DNA of 17,672 nucleotides from positions 1 through 17,672 of the forward strand of contig JANQQN010000221.1 in assembly GCA_028289325.1 (NCBI GenBank), written 5' to 3'. Positions 7,953 to 16,289 of the stretch are shown here, one piece after another. Source of the DNA: Myxococcota bacterium (GTDB taxonomy: Bacteria > Myxococcota > Kuafuiibacteriia > Kuafuiibacteriales > Kuafuiibacteriaceae). Positions within the stretch are counted from its first letter, which is position 1. Each line of letters starts with the position of its first letter. A model generated the notes under the pieces. It had not been told where the DNA came from, did no database searches, and saw only the letters and a list, made by a program, of their open reading frames with translations. The translations under genes were made by a program, and so were the position numbers.

Positions 7953-8540
7953 ATGGCTTTTCAGATTCACGCGCTGCCCATCGACGACTTTCGGCCCCTG
8001 TTCTCCCTGTCGGACGCAAGGCTCGCCCAGCGGCGGGCGCGGCGCGTGCGGGTCACCAGCCGCCCCGGAATCCCGTGTCGGGTGAGCCTCATCGACGCCG
8101 CGGTCGGCGAGGACGTTATCTTGACCCACTTCGTGCATCAGCCGGCGTCCGGACCCTACCGGGCCAGCCACGCGATATTCGTGCGGGTGCACGCGGTCCA
8201 GGCCCGACCTGACGTCGACGAGATCCCCGCGTTATTTCATCATCGTTTGATCTCCGTGCGTGCGTTCGACGCCGCGCACGACATGGTGGCGGCGGATATC
8301 GCGCCTGCAGGCGATCTCAGGGGGGCGATCGAGGAGCTGCTCGAGCCGGATCGCGTCGACTACCTCCATCTTTCACAACGCGAAGCCCGGTTGTTACGCG
8401 GCCCGAGTGACCCGGGTCAGGTGAAGGCCTCGTCTGCCCGCAGATCAGGTCAACGGTCGGAGAGGCGGTCGACCCACGCCCGCACGTGGTCGTCGAGGAT
8501 CTCGATAGGGACCGGACCCACCCGAAGGACCTCCCGGTGA
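7953..8540 (+). CDS. DUF1203 family protein; ORF as sequenced carries an out-of-frame Arg/Ser-rich tail and likely needs a 1-nt frame correction at the TTT run 8371-8373 (true end probably TGA 8422-8424)
   Basis: MAFQIHALPIDDFRPLFSLSDARLAQRRARRVRVTSRPGIPCRVSLIDAAVGEDVILTHFVHQPASGPYRASHAIFVR matches my recollection of DUF1203 proteins (M.F.I.ALP...PGFPCRVSL.DAE.GE.V.LL.Y.H.P...PYRASHAI.VR). After DYLH the frame leaves the family consensus. The +1 frame reads (L)HNAKPGCYAARVTRVR*, which matches the conserved C-terminus H.H.A[KR].GC[YF].[AC]RVDR. Confidence 0.6.
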   Translation: MAFQIHALPIDDFRPLFSLSDARLAQRRARRVRVTSRPGIPCRVSLIDAAVGEDVILTHFVHQPASGPYRASHAIFVRVHAVQARPDVDEIPALFHHRLISVRAFDAAHDMVAADIAPAGDLRGAIEELLEPDRVDYLHLSQREARLLRGPSDPGQVKASSARRSGQRSERRSTHARTWSSRISIGTGPTRRTSR

Positions 8541-10264
8541 AAGGCGACCAGGTCGAAGTCCGGCCCGAGCTCGGCTTCTGCGTATCGCCGGAGCGCCTGC
8601 AGCCGGAGCATGCCGGCCTTGTAGGCGAGAGCCTGGCCCGGCCGGGCGGCGTAGCGCCGGACTTGTCCACGGGAACTGAGGACGTTGGGATCGAAACCGA
8701 GGTTGTCGTCGAGGTACGCCACCGCTTGGCCTTCGGTCCAACCGAAGGCGTGAATGCCGGTGTCGACGACCAGCCGCGCCGCCCGCAGCGCCTCCCATTG
8801 CAGCCGGCCGAGGTCGCCGTAGGGATCGTCGTCGTACCAGCCGAGTTCGGCGGCCAGGGCCTCGGCGTACAGCGCCCAACCCTCGCGGTAAGCGGTGAAA
8901 CCGTACATTCGCTGCGCGATCGGAAGCCGGAGGTCGGACTCCAGACCGACCTGCAGGTGATGACCAGGGAGCGCTTCGTGGTACGTGAGCGACGGCATGG
9001 CGAACCGAGGTTGATCCACGTTGGTCTGGGCGAAGAATCGTCCGGGCTCCGGGTGGAGCAGGCTCGCGCCGACGTAGTAGCCCCCGCTCGGTCCTCCGAC
9101 CACGTGGACCGGTTCACTCGGCAGAAGATCGAATGCGGCGGGCAAGCGGGCGTCGGCGTCTTCTACCAGCCGCACGTAGGTATCATAGACCTCGTCGGCG
9201 GGGATCACGCCGCTGTCTTGCGCGACCTGGGCGAAGGCTTGTCGCAACGACAGGTCGGGCGAGTAACCGAGGTCGGCGAACCGGGCCCTCATCTCGGCCT
9301 GGATGCGGGCCAGGTCCGTCTCACCGGCGGCGAACAGCATCTCCGCCGAGCTTGCGGTGGTCGTGTGGTGTTGGATGAGCTGCTGATAAAACGCCTCTCC
9401 GTTGGGGATCGAGCCGACGCCGAGCGATGACGGGGCTCGGATTCGGATGTCTTCGAGGGTCGCGTACAGGTCCTGGTAGGCGGGCAGGATCTGGGACTCG
9501 ATGATGAATCGGGCGTCGGCGACGGCCGGGTTGCGCGCATAAGGGATCGCGCCCGGCGTTCGGCTGACCATGCCGAGTAGGCTCTCGTAGAAGAGGTTCT
9601 GCTGGGGCGAGGCGAACGCGATCGCGCCCACCGCGCTCAGCGCCCAGTCGAGGACGAATGTCGGCGGCCGAATCAGCTGGGCGTCGCACTGACGCAGCCG
9701 ATCTTGCAGCTCGAGAACCCGCTCGTCGACCTGCCACAACCGCCGGACGTAGTCCTCGGTGTCTTCCTCGGTCGGATTCGCGGGCGTGTTTTGAAAGATC
9801 GCTTGCATCTGGCCTAGCTCGCTGTCCACGAAACCAGTGACCGGATAGTCGTGATCCGTGAACGGCTGGTCGCGGATGAGATCGTCCAGGATCCACGCGT
9901 AGACGGCGTGAGTGAGCCGCTCTCCGCTGGACAGCTCGTCGAGGTCGAACTTGGTCAACAGGGCCCGGATTCGGCGCTGAACGTCGTGGGTCTCGGCGAC
10001 GAAGGTCGGGCGACGGTCGTCCAGGCGAGGATAGTCGGGGTCGAACAGCGGTTCGAGACGCCACCGACGGATCGTTTCGGGGCTGCGAACGAGGAGGAAC
10101 TCGAAGGATCGGTCGATGAATGGCCGCAGCTCGAGCCCGCCCAGGGCCGTCTCGACCTCGTCGGCGGAGGGCAGCGACGGGGCGGGGACGGAGGGGTCCG
10201 CGACGCGCAGCGTTTCGTCGCCGCAGGCCACCGCCGCGAGCAGGACCAGCGCGTAAAGACGCAT
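8450..10264 (-). CDS. DUF885 family lipoprotein (putative peptidase-like)
   Basis: 604 aa with an N-terminal lipoprotein signal MRLYALVLLAAVAC. The DUF885 hallmark YHEALPGHHLQ (HE..PGHH) is present and the architecture is typical of the family. Confidence 0.85.
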   Translation of the reverse strand: MRLYALVLLAAVACGDETLRVADPSVPAPSLPSADEVETALGGLELRPFIDRSFEFLLVRSPETIRRWRLEPLFDPDYPRLDDRRPTFVAETHDVQRRIRALLTKFDLDELSSGERLTHAVYAWILDDLIRDQPFTDHDYPVTGFVDSELGQMQAIFQNTPANPTEEDTEDYVRRLWQVDERVLELQDRLRQCDAQLIRPPTFVLDWALSAVGAIAFASPQQNLFYESLLGMVSRTPGAIPYARNPAVADARFIIESQILPAYQDLYATLEDIRIRAPSSLGVGSIPNGEAFYQQLIQHHTTTASSAEMLFAAGETDLARIQAEMRARFADLGYSPDLSLRQAFAQVAQDSGVIPADEVYDTYVRLVEDADARLPAAFDLLPSEPVHVVGGPSGGYYVGASLLHPEPGRFFAQTNVDQPRFAMPSLTYHEALPGHHLQVGLESDLRLPIAQRMYGFTAYREGWALYAEALAAELGWYDDDPYGDLGRLQWEALRAARLVVDTGIHAFGWTEGQAVAYLDDNLGFDPNVLSSRGQVRRYAARPGQALAYKAGMLRLQALRRYAEAELGPDFDLVAFHREVLRVGPVPIEILDDHVRAWVDRLSDR

Positions 10265-10350
10265 CCTCCGATCCTACGGTTCCTGGCCCGCGGACGCCAC
10301 CGGATACTTTGGCCGCGACCGGCGGCGATTGTGGTCACCGGTGTCCACGG

Positions 10351-10914
10351 TCAGCGGCGACTGAACCATTCGAGCTCTTCGTTGGCGCATCGGCGCGACT
10401 CGGCACACAGACCGATGCCCGACTCGGCGCGCCGTTGGAACCGCAGGAACCCGGACAGACTCGATTCCGGATAGCAGCAATCGCGCTTGACGACGTCTCG
10501 GCCCCGGGCCAGGGTGAGCAGAACCGGCTTATCGAGGGTCGTGACGTCGACCCGATAGCGGCCGGGACCTTCCGCGTCGACGGTCAAGTCGGCGCCGGAA
10601 ACCCGGGTGACGAACAGTTCGCCGCGGGCGAAGACGTGGTGACTAAAGACCGCGCCCGGCGCGTTCGTATCCCGGATGACGACGCACGTCCGCGTGTCAG
10701 GGCACGAGTCGGCGGCGCTCCGATCGGCGGTGAACATGCCGACGACACCTGCCCGCCCGTCCAGCAACAGTCGCACGCCCCCCGAGGGGTTCGGCGGAGC
10801 TTGAGGGGGATCGCTCGCCCCCCGGAACGGTGCAGGGTCCGCGGGGGTTTCGGCCCAACTCTGCGCCCCTGCGCTGAGTAAGCCGGCACCGATCAGCACT
10901 CCCTCCGCTCTCAT
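10351..10914 (-). CDS. Hypothetical secreted Cys-rich protein (187 aa), co-directional and 86 bp upstream of the DUF885 gene
   Basis: Start chosen at the internal Met preceding a signal-peptide-like segment, MRAEGVLIGAGLLSAGAQSWAETP. There are six Cys (SCPDTRTC, DCCY, LCAESRRC). No family recognised. The longer 214-aa ORF has an Arg-rich non-signal N-terminus. Confidence 0.5.
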   Translation of the reverse strand: MRAEGVLIGAGLLSAGAQSWAETPADPAPFRGASDPPQAPPNPSGGVRLLLDGRAGVVGMFTADRSAADSCPDTRTCVVIRDTNAPGAVFSHHVFARGELFVTRVSGADLTVDAEGPGRYRVDVTTLDKPVLLTLARGRDVVKRDCCYPESSLSGFLRFQRRAESGIGLCAESRRCANEELEWFSRR

Positions 10915-10985
10915 CTTCGCGCCGACATGTGTCACCGCCCCCTCGCTGTACGCCCTGCCGCGCAGTCGGTACAAGCGCCGGAGCA

Positions 10986-12398
10986 ATGCCGTCATCGACC
11001 GCGATATTGGTCACGCTCATCGTCTACAAGGCGATCCTGATTCTCGTCGGCCTGTGGGCGCAGCGTCGGACCCGGACCGGCGAAGACTTCTTCCTCGGCG
11101 GCCGGCAGCTCGGGCCCTGGGTGGCGGCGATCAGCGCCTCGGCCAGCTCGTCGTCGGCGTGGACGCTTCTCGGCGTGAGCGGCGCCGCCTACCAGTGGGG
11201 CTTGAGCGCCATATGGCTGTTCCCGGCGTGCGTGGGAGGCTTCGTCTTGAACTGGTTCGTGCTCGCGCCGGCGCTGCAGCGAGCCAGCCACCGCACCGGC
11301 GCCCTGACGGTGACCGAGCTTCTCGCGGGCAGGCACCGGGGCGTCGCCGCCGTGGCCTCCGCGATCATTCTGCTGTCGCTGTGCACGTACGTCGCGGCGC
11401 AGTTTCAGGGGGCTGGGAAGACCTTCAACGAGACCTTCGGCTGGTCCATCGAGAGCAGCATCCTGCTCGGCAGCGGCATCGTGATTCTGTACACCCTCGC
11501 CGGCGGATTCTGGGCCGTCAGCCTCACCGATACCCTTCAGGGGTTGTTGATGGCCGCCACCGCGGTGCTGCTGCCTGTCGCGGCCCTCGGTCAGGTCGGG
11601 CTCGACGGCCTGTTCGCCGACGCCCCAGAGGGGTATCTGAGCCTCACTCGGAATATGGCCGGGCCGGCCGGGCTGGGCTTCGTATCCGGCCTATTGGGCA
11701 TCGGGCTCGGTTATCCGGGCCAGCCCCACGTCGTGACTCGTTTCATGGCCCTTCGGGATGCTCGAGCCGTGGCTTCGGGTCGAACCATCGCCTTGTCGTG
11801 GGCGGTGCTCGTGTACACCGGCATGCTGATCTTGGGCTGGAGCGGCCGCGCGCTCCTGCCCGAACTGGCTGACAACGAGGTGGTGTTCGTAGCCGCGACT
11901 CAGGCCTTGTTCCCGCCCGTCGTGGCCGGGGTCATGCTCGCAGCGGTGCTGTCGGCGATCATGTCCACCGCCGACAGCCAGCTGTTGGTCGCGGCGTCGG
12001 CGGTCACCCATGACCTGGGCCTGGGCCGGGCGCGGCTGGTCCTCGCCGCTCGCCTGGTGATCGTGGGCCTGAGCGTGAGCGCGGTGCTCACCGCCCTGTA
12101 CGGACCGCGGGCCATCTTCGACCGGGTGCTGTTCGCGTGGAGCGCGATGGGGGCCGCGTTCGGGCCGCTGCTCCTGGTGACGGTGCTTCGGGGGCCCGTA
12201 CCGCCGGGGCGTACGCTGTTCGCGATGGTGGTCGGCTTTGTCTTGAGCGTCGCGGCCCACCTGTTCCCCGGCAACCACCTGTTCCCCGCCACCAAGGGTG
12301 GGTTCATGGAGCGGGTCTTTCCGTTTGTGGTGGCCCTGTTGATCGCGGGGTGGGGCCGCGTCGAGCTCAGTGGTGGGTCGTCACGAAGCCGTGAATGA
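10986..12398 (+). CDS. Sodium:solute symporter family transporter (PutP/PanF-like)
   Basis: MPSSTAILVTLIVYKAILILVGLWAQRR..GEDFFLGGRQLGPWVAAISASASSSSAWTLLGVSGAAYQWGLSAIW is the classic SSS N-terminus, and TM helices occur throughout. An upstream in-frame ATG at 10929 adds a non-hydrophobic 19 aa, so 10986 is preferred. Confidence 0.8.
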   Translation: MPSSTAILVTLIVYKAILILVGLWAQRRTRTGEDFFLGGRQLGPWVAAISASASSSSAWTLLGVSGAAYQWGLSAIWLFPACVGGFVLNWFVLAPALQRASHRTGALTVTELLAGRHRGVAAVASAIILLSLCTYVAAQFQGAGKTFNETFGWSIESSILLGSGIVILYTLAGGFWAVSLTDTLQGLLMAATAVLLPVAALGQVGLDGLFADAPEGYLSLTRNMAGPAGLGFVSGLLGIGLGYPGQPHVVTRFMALRDARAVASGRTIALSWAVLVYTGMLILGWSGRALLPELADNEVVFVAATQALFPPVVAGVMLAAVLSAIMSTADSQLLVAASAVTHDLGLGRARLVLAARLVIVGLSVSAVLTALYGPRAIFDRVLFAWSAMGAAFGPLLLVTVLRGPVPPGRTLFAMVVGFVLSVAAHLFPGNHLFPATKGGFMERVFPFVVALLIAGWGRVELSGGSSRSRE

Positions 12399-14538
12399 TC
12401 AATGCGAGAATGATGAGCCCGAACAGCCACGCGCTGACGCCGAACACCCGCATCGAAGTGCGGAAGATAGGATTGGGATCCTCCACGTAGCGGCCTTCGA
12501 CCCGGTTCTCATCCTCCATCCGGGCCCACTCTCGACCTCGTTCCTCTCGGTACTCTTCTTCGGGCACGCTTCCCGTGAAGATGACTTCATCCATCGGGAA
12601 CTTCGACCGCCGCAGATGGGAGTTGAAGAAGTGCACGCCGAAGATGAAGCCGATGGCCAGCAGTGCTTCGTCTGAATGGACGACGAGAGCAATGTTGATG
12701 ACCCACCCCGGCAACAGGTAGGTAAAAAACTCCGGGAACCACAGGATGAGGCCCGATGAGCCAATGATCGCCACCCCCCAGAAGACGGCCCAGTAGTCGA
12801 ACTTCTCCCAGTACGTCCACCGCTCCCAGGTCGGCTTCTTGCCCAGCCCCACGAACCACGCAAAGTGTTTGATGACGTCGGTGATGTCCGACAGCCGGGG
12901 GACCAAGGAGTCCGGGCCCAACAGCGTGCGGAACAACCGTCCTCGCATCAGCTCCGGGCCGAGATGGTAGATGAGCTGTCCGATGTGGGCGAAGAAGTAG
13001 CCGAACGTGATCACCGCGAAGATGCGGTGAAGAAGCCCGGCCATTTCGACCCCGCCCATGAGCCCCAAGACCGTAGACGCCCAGGACGCCTGGGCGAACT
13101 TCAGGGGGGCGCCGGTGGCGGCCAGCCCCAAGAACGAGATGATGACGAAGAAGTGGAGGATGCGGTCGAGCTTGCTGAACCGGCTCACTCGCGGTCCCTT
13201 GAAGATATGCCGGGGCTGGCCGCGATACCGGATGGCGTCGACCCCTTCCCGGATCGCCCACAGCAGCGTGTGCAGTCCGAAGAATGAGAATACCGATACC
13301 AGGAGCGTGGTCATGAACAGATAGATCCAGTACAGCGCCGGGTACTTCTCGCGATCCTTGTGATCGGCGTGGGCCCAAAAGCCGGCGAAGTTCTCCGGCG
13401 CGCCCTCGTGGCATTTCTGGCAGGTCTTCAGCTTGTTCGCCTCCGAGACCTCCGACTCCGGGTCGTCCGGCCCCAAGATGGCGTGAAATCCGTGGCAGTC
13501 GGAGCATTTGGCGACCGAGTCGGCGCCGAGCAAGCTGGCTTTACCGTGATAGCTCTCCACGTAGGTGCTCATCAGCGCCTCGTGGCACGTTCCGCATTCG
13601 TGGATGAGGTCGGCGCGAAAACGCGCCGACGTGGGGACCGCGCCCCCGTGCATCCGGTGACACGTCGTGCACACCGGGGGCGCTTGAGACCCGTCGAGGT
13701 CCTTGTCGGGGCCGCGGTGGTCGTCGGGACCGTGGCCGGGCGACGGCGAGTCCGCGAGGGCGTGGGCCCAGTCGAATCCGTCGCGACGGGCCGCCTCGTC
13801 GTGGGCGCTGCCCACGAAGGCGTCGGCCTGGCGGTCGTGGCATCCGCGGCACGTTTCGGTCACCCGGGCCGGGAACAGCTGTGAATCCGCGCTGGTCGAG
13901 GTCTGCGCGGCGTGGCTGTCGTGGCAGTCGCTACACGCGGCGGCGGTGGCGTCGGGATTCGCCTTCGGCGGCACATCGGGGTCGACCGTGGTCTCCACCA
14001 GCGGGGGCTCCCCCGGGAGCCGATGCCCCGCCGCGCGGCGGTCTTCCCCGTGACACCGTCCGCAGCTCTTGATCTGGGCGACGCCGTTGACCCGGGACCG
14101 AGGATCGTCGGCGGATCGAACGTCGTGATTGCCGTGGCAGCCGACGCAGGTCGCGGTGTCTTCGGCGTGGTCGGTCTTGCCGTGCCGGTCGGCGTGCACC
14201 GAGGTCGCGTACGCCTCTGCCGCCGTGCTGTGGCAGCGGCCGCAGTCGGGCGCGGCCAGGTCTTCGTCGGGCTCTTCGTGCCGGATCGAGGGGTCCTCGA
14301 CGTCGACGTGGCAGCCGATGCAGCCTTCCTTGCCGTGAGCCGTCGCGCGGTACAGGTCGACGTCCAGCTTCGGGGCGTCTTCTTCGCCGACGCCGGCGTG
14401 ACATACGAGGCAGTCCTCATCGCGGTCGGTACCGGGACCTCGATCGTACTCGGGCTCGCCGGCCCGAATGGTGGCCGCGGAGCCCGCGAGCAGTGAGAGC
14501 GCCGCACCGAGGCGGAGGTAGGTCGCGCCGCGTGTCAT
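12367..14538 (-). CDS. CbcL-like fusion: periplasmic 11-heme cytochrome c domain + C-terminal membrane dihaem cytochrome b (HydC/FdnI family); putative quinol oxidoreductase
   Basis: Signal peptide MTRGATYLRLGAALSLLAGSAATIRA. There are 11 CXXCH motifs (CLVCH, CIGCH, CGRCH, CVGCH, CGRCH, CSDCH, CRGCH, CTTCH, CGTCH, CSDCH, CQKCH). Four TM helices follow, with conserved His (FFGLHTLLW, RILHFFVIISF, HRIFAVITFGYFFAH, LVVHSDEALLAIGFIFGVHFF) typical of Ni/Fe-hydrogenase/formate dehydrogenase b-type cytochrome subunits. Its ATG overlaps the upstream gene stop (ATGA). Confidence 0.85.
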   Translation of the reverse strand: MTRGATYLRLGAALSLLAGSAATIRAGEPEYDRGPGTDRDEDCLVCHAGVGEEDAPKLDVDLYRATAHGKEGCIGCHVDVEDPSIRHEEPDEDLAAPDCGRCHSTAAEAYATSVHADRHGKTDHAEDTATCVGCHGNHDVRSADDPRSRVNGVAQIKSCGRCHGEDRRAAGHRLPGEPPLVETTVDPDVPPKANPDATAAACSDCHDSHAAQTSTSADSQLFPARVTETCRGCHDRQADAFVGSAHDEAARRDGFDWAHALADSPSPGHGPDDHRGPDKDLDGSQAPPVCTTCHRMHGGAVPTSARFRADLIHECGTCHEALMSTYVESYHGKASLLGADSVAKCSDCHGFHAILGPDDPESEVSEANKLKTCQKCHEGAPENFAGFWAHADHKDREKYPALYWIYLFMTTLLVSVFSFFGLHTLLWAIREGVDAIRYRGQPRHIFKGPRVSRFSKLDRILHFFVIISFLGLAATGAPLKFAQASWASTVLGLMGGVEMAGLLHRIFAVITFGYFFAHIGQLIYHLGPELMRGRLFRTLLGPDSLVPRLSDITDVIKHFAWFVGLGKKPTWERWTYWEKFDYWAVFWGVAIIGSSGLILWFPEFFTYLLPGWVINIALVVHSDEALLAIGFIFGVHFFNSHLRRSKFPMDEVIFTGSVPEEEYREERGREWARMEDENRVEGRYVEDPNPIFRTSMRVFGVSAWLFGLIILALIIHGFVTTHH

Positions 14539-16286
14539 CGCGGAGCCTCCTTCTTCTTCTTATTCTTGCTGCCGCCCCGTTCGAATGGGTGGCAGCCCAC
14601 GCAACGCTTCGCGGCCGACTCGTGGTCGGTCAGCGTCTCATGGCAGGCGTTGAGGCAGCTGGCCCGATCGCCGCCGAGGGTCTGTTGATGGAAAGTATGG
14701 CAGTCCGCGCACGTCTCGTGGCCTTCGTTTTGGTGAAGAAGGGGCAGCGGTGGCTCGTGGCACGAAATGCACGGCGGGGTCTCCACCGGTGGGTTGACGT
14801 GGATCGAATGGCAGGTGTCGCAGTCTTCTCGGTTCGGCTGATGTCGGCCCACGCCGGCCTTATCATCGTGACAGTCCAGACAGTCCTGCTGCACTGCGCC
14901 CTCGTGGGGGGCGTGGCAGTCCAAGCACTTCGAGTGGTTGCTCGACACGAGACGGCGCTGCTCCTCGTGGCATTTGCCACATGAGGACTTGGCGGCGTTC
15001 TTCGACGCTTCGGGCGCATGATCGGCACCGGCGTGACACTCTACGCACTGGTCGTGACCTTCGACCGGCGCCACGATCTTGGCCGGGGTGGCCTTCGTGT
15101 GCAGGGGGGCGGCGCCGACGTGGCACGACCCGCACAGCTTCGCGCCTTCGGCATCGAGGTCGAACAGATGCGGCTGGTGGCAGCTGATGCAGGTGCCCGA
15201 GTGGAGCGCGTCGTCGGTCTTCGCCTCCTCGTGACAGGTGGTGCAGGTGGTCACTCGGATCAACACCTCGGCGATCGGATGTTGGGGGTGGCACCCGGCG
15301 CAGGGGCCGCGGGTGTCGTCCGCCGGGTGAGCGCGGGCCTCAGGTACGGCGCGGTCTTCGTGGCACCCCAGACACTCCGCCTGGGCCGAGGCCACGACGG
15401 CGTGTGGCCGGTGGCAGCTCAGGCATCGGTCGTGCTCGGGGTGTTCGTCCGCGCCCACCGTCGGCTGAGGCGCGTGACACGAAATGCAGGCTTTCTTGCC
15501 CGACTTCGAGTGCGGCTGATGGCACTCGAGGCACGTGTCGTGACCTGAGAACGTCGTGGTCTTCGGGACGTCGGACGCGTGGCACGTCGCGCACTTCTGA
15601 CGCGCCAACCGGCTCGCTTCGTGTCCGCCGTGGCACTCCATACACTGCTTGGGTTCGGCGAGGGACGTTCGGCCCCTTTGGTCGGCCGACGCGTGGACCG
15701 CGGCCTGATCCTCGTGACACTCGAGGCACGATTTGGGGGCTAGAGCCTGTTCACCGTGGGGTACGTGACACGCCTGACAGTCCTTTTCGTGGACCGCGAC
15801 CGAAGGCGCGACGCCGAACAACGAGGTCAATACGGCTCTTCGGGCATCGCCGTCGTGAACGGCGCCGGGAGGCGGGGCTCGATCTCGACCGTTGGCCGAC
15901 ACCGGCTGGTGGCAGTCGACGCATCCCCAGGGCTCGACCCGGGCCTCGAAGAACTCGTGGCAGCTGAGGCACTCGCGGGCCGCGTCGTTGGCGACCTTGG
16001 CGTGCAGCGCCGAGCGCTGGTCTTCGTGACACCCGAGGCAGCGGTGTTTGACGGCGCGGGTCGGTTGCGTGCGCCCTTCGATGCGATGACACTCCCGGCA
16101 CTCGACCGGCTCGTCCGCCTCCATGTGGGCCTTGTGTAGGGCGTTGGCGAGCGCTTTCTTCTGCTTCTCCGTGGGTTCGCGCTCGACGGAAGCCACGGAC
16201 GCATCCGCCGAAACCGGTGTCGAGGGCTCGGGCGTTTCGCAACTCGTCGCGAGGAGCGCAGCGATGATCAACCGTCGAATCGACAT
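14535..16286 (-). CDS. Multiheme c-type cytochrome lipoprotein, ~25 haem-binding sites (24 CXXCH + 1 CX3CH)
   Basis: Lipoprotein signal MSIRRLIIAALLATSC, then Cys at +1. There are 24 CXXCH motifs plus CLNACH, which I verified at DNA level (tgc ctc aac gcc tgc cat). The gene sits 3 nt after the upstream gene stop and its own stop overlaps the downstream ATG. Confidence 0.85.
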   Translation of the reverse strand: MSIRRLIIAALLATSCETPEPSTPVSADASVASVEREPTEKQKKALANALHKAHMEADEPVECRECHRIEGRTQPTRAVKHRCLGCHEDQRSALHAKVANDAARECLSCHEFFEARVEPWGCVDCHQPVSANGRDRAPPPGAVHDGDARRAVLTSLFGVAPSVAVHEKDCQACHVPHGEQALAPKSCLECHEDQAAVHASADQRGRTSLAEPKQCMECHGGHEASRLARQKCATCHASDVPKTTTFSGHDTCLECHQPHSKSGKKACISCHAPQPTVGADEHPEHDRCLSCHRPHAVVASAQAECLGCHEDRAVPEARAHPADDTRGPCAGCHPQHPIAEVLIRVTTCTTCHEEAKTDDALHSGTCISCHQPHLFDLDAEGAKLCGSCHVGAAPLHTKATPAKIVAPVEGHDQCVECHAGADHAPEASKNAAKSSCGKCHEEQRRLVSSNHSKCLDCHAPHEGAVQQDCLDCHDDKAGVGRHQPNREDCDTCHSIHVNPPVETPPCISCHEPPLPLLHQNEGHETCADCHTFHQQTLGGDRASCLNACHETLTDHESAAKRCVGCHPFERGGSKNKKKKEAPR

Positions 16287-16289
16287 GAC

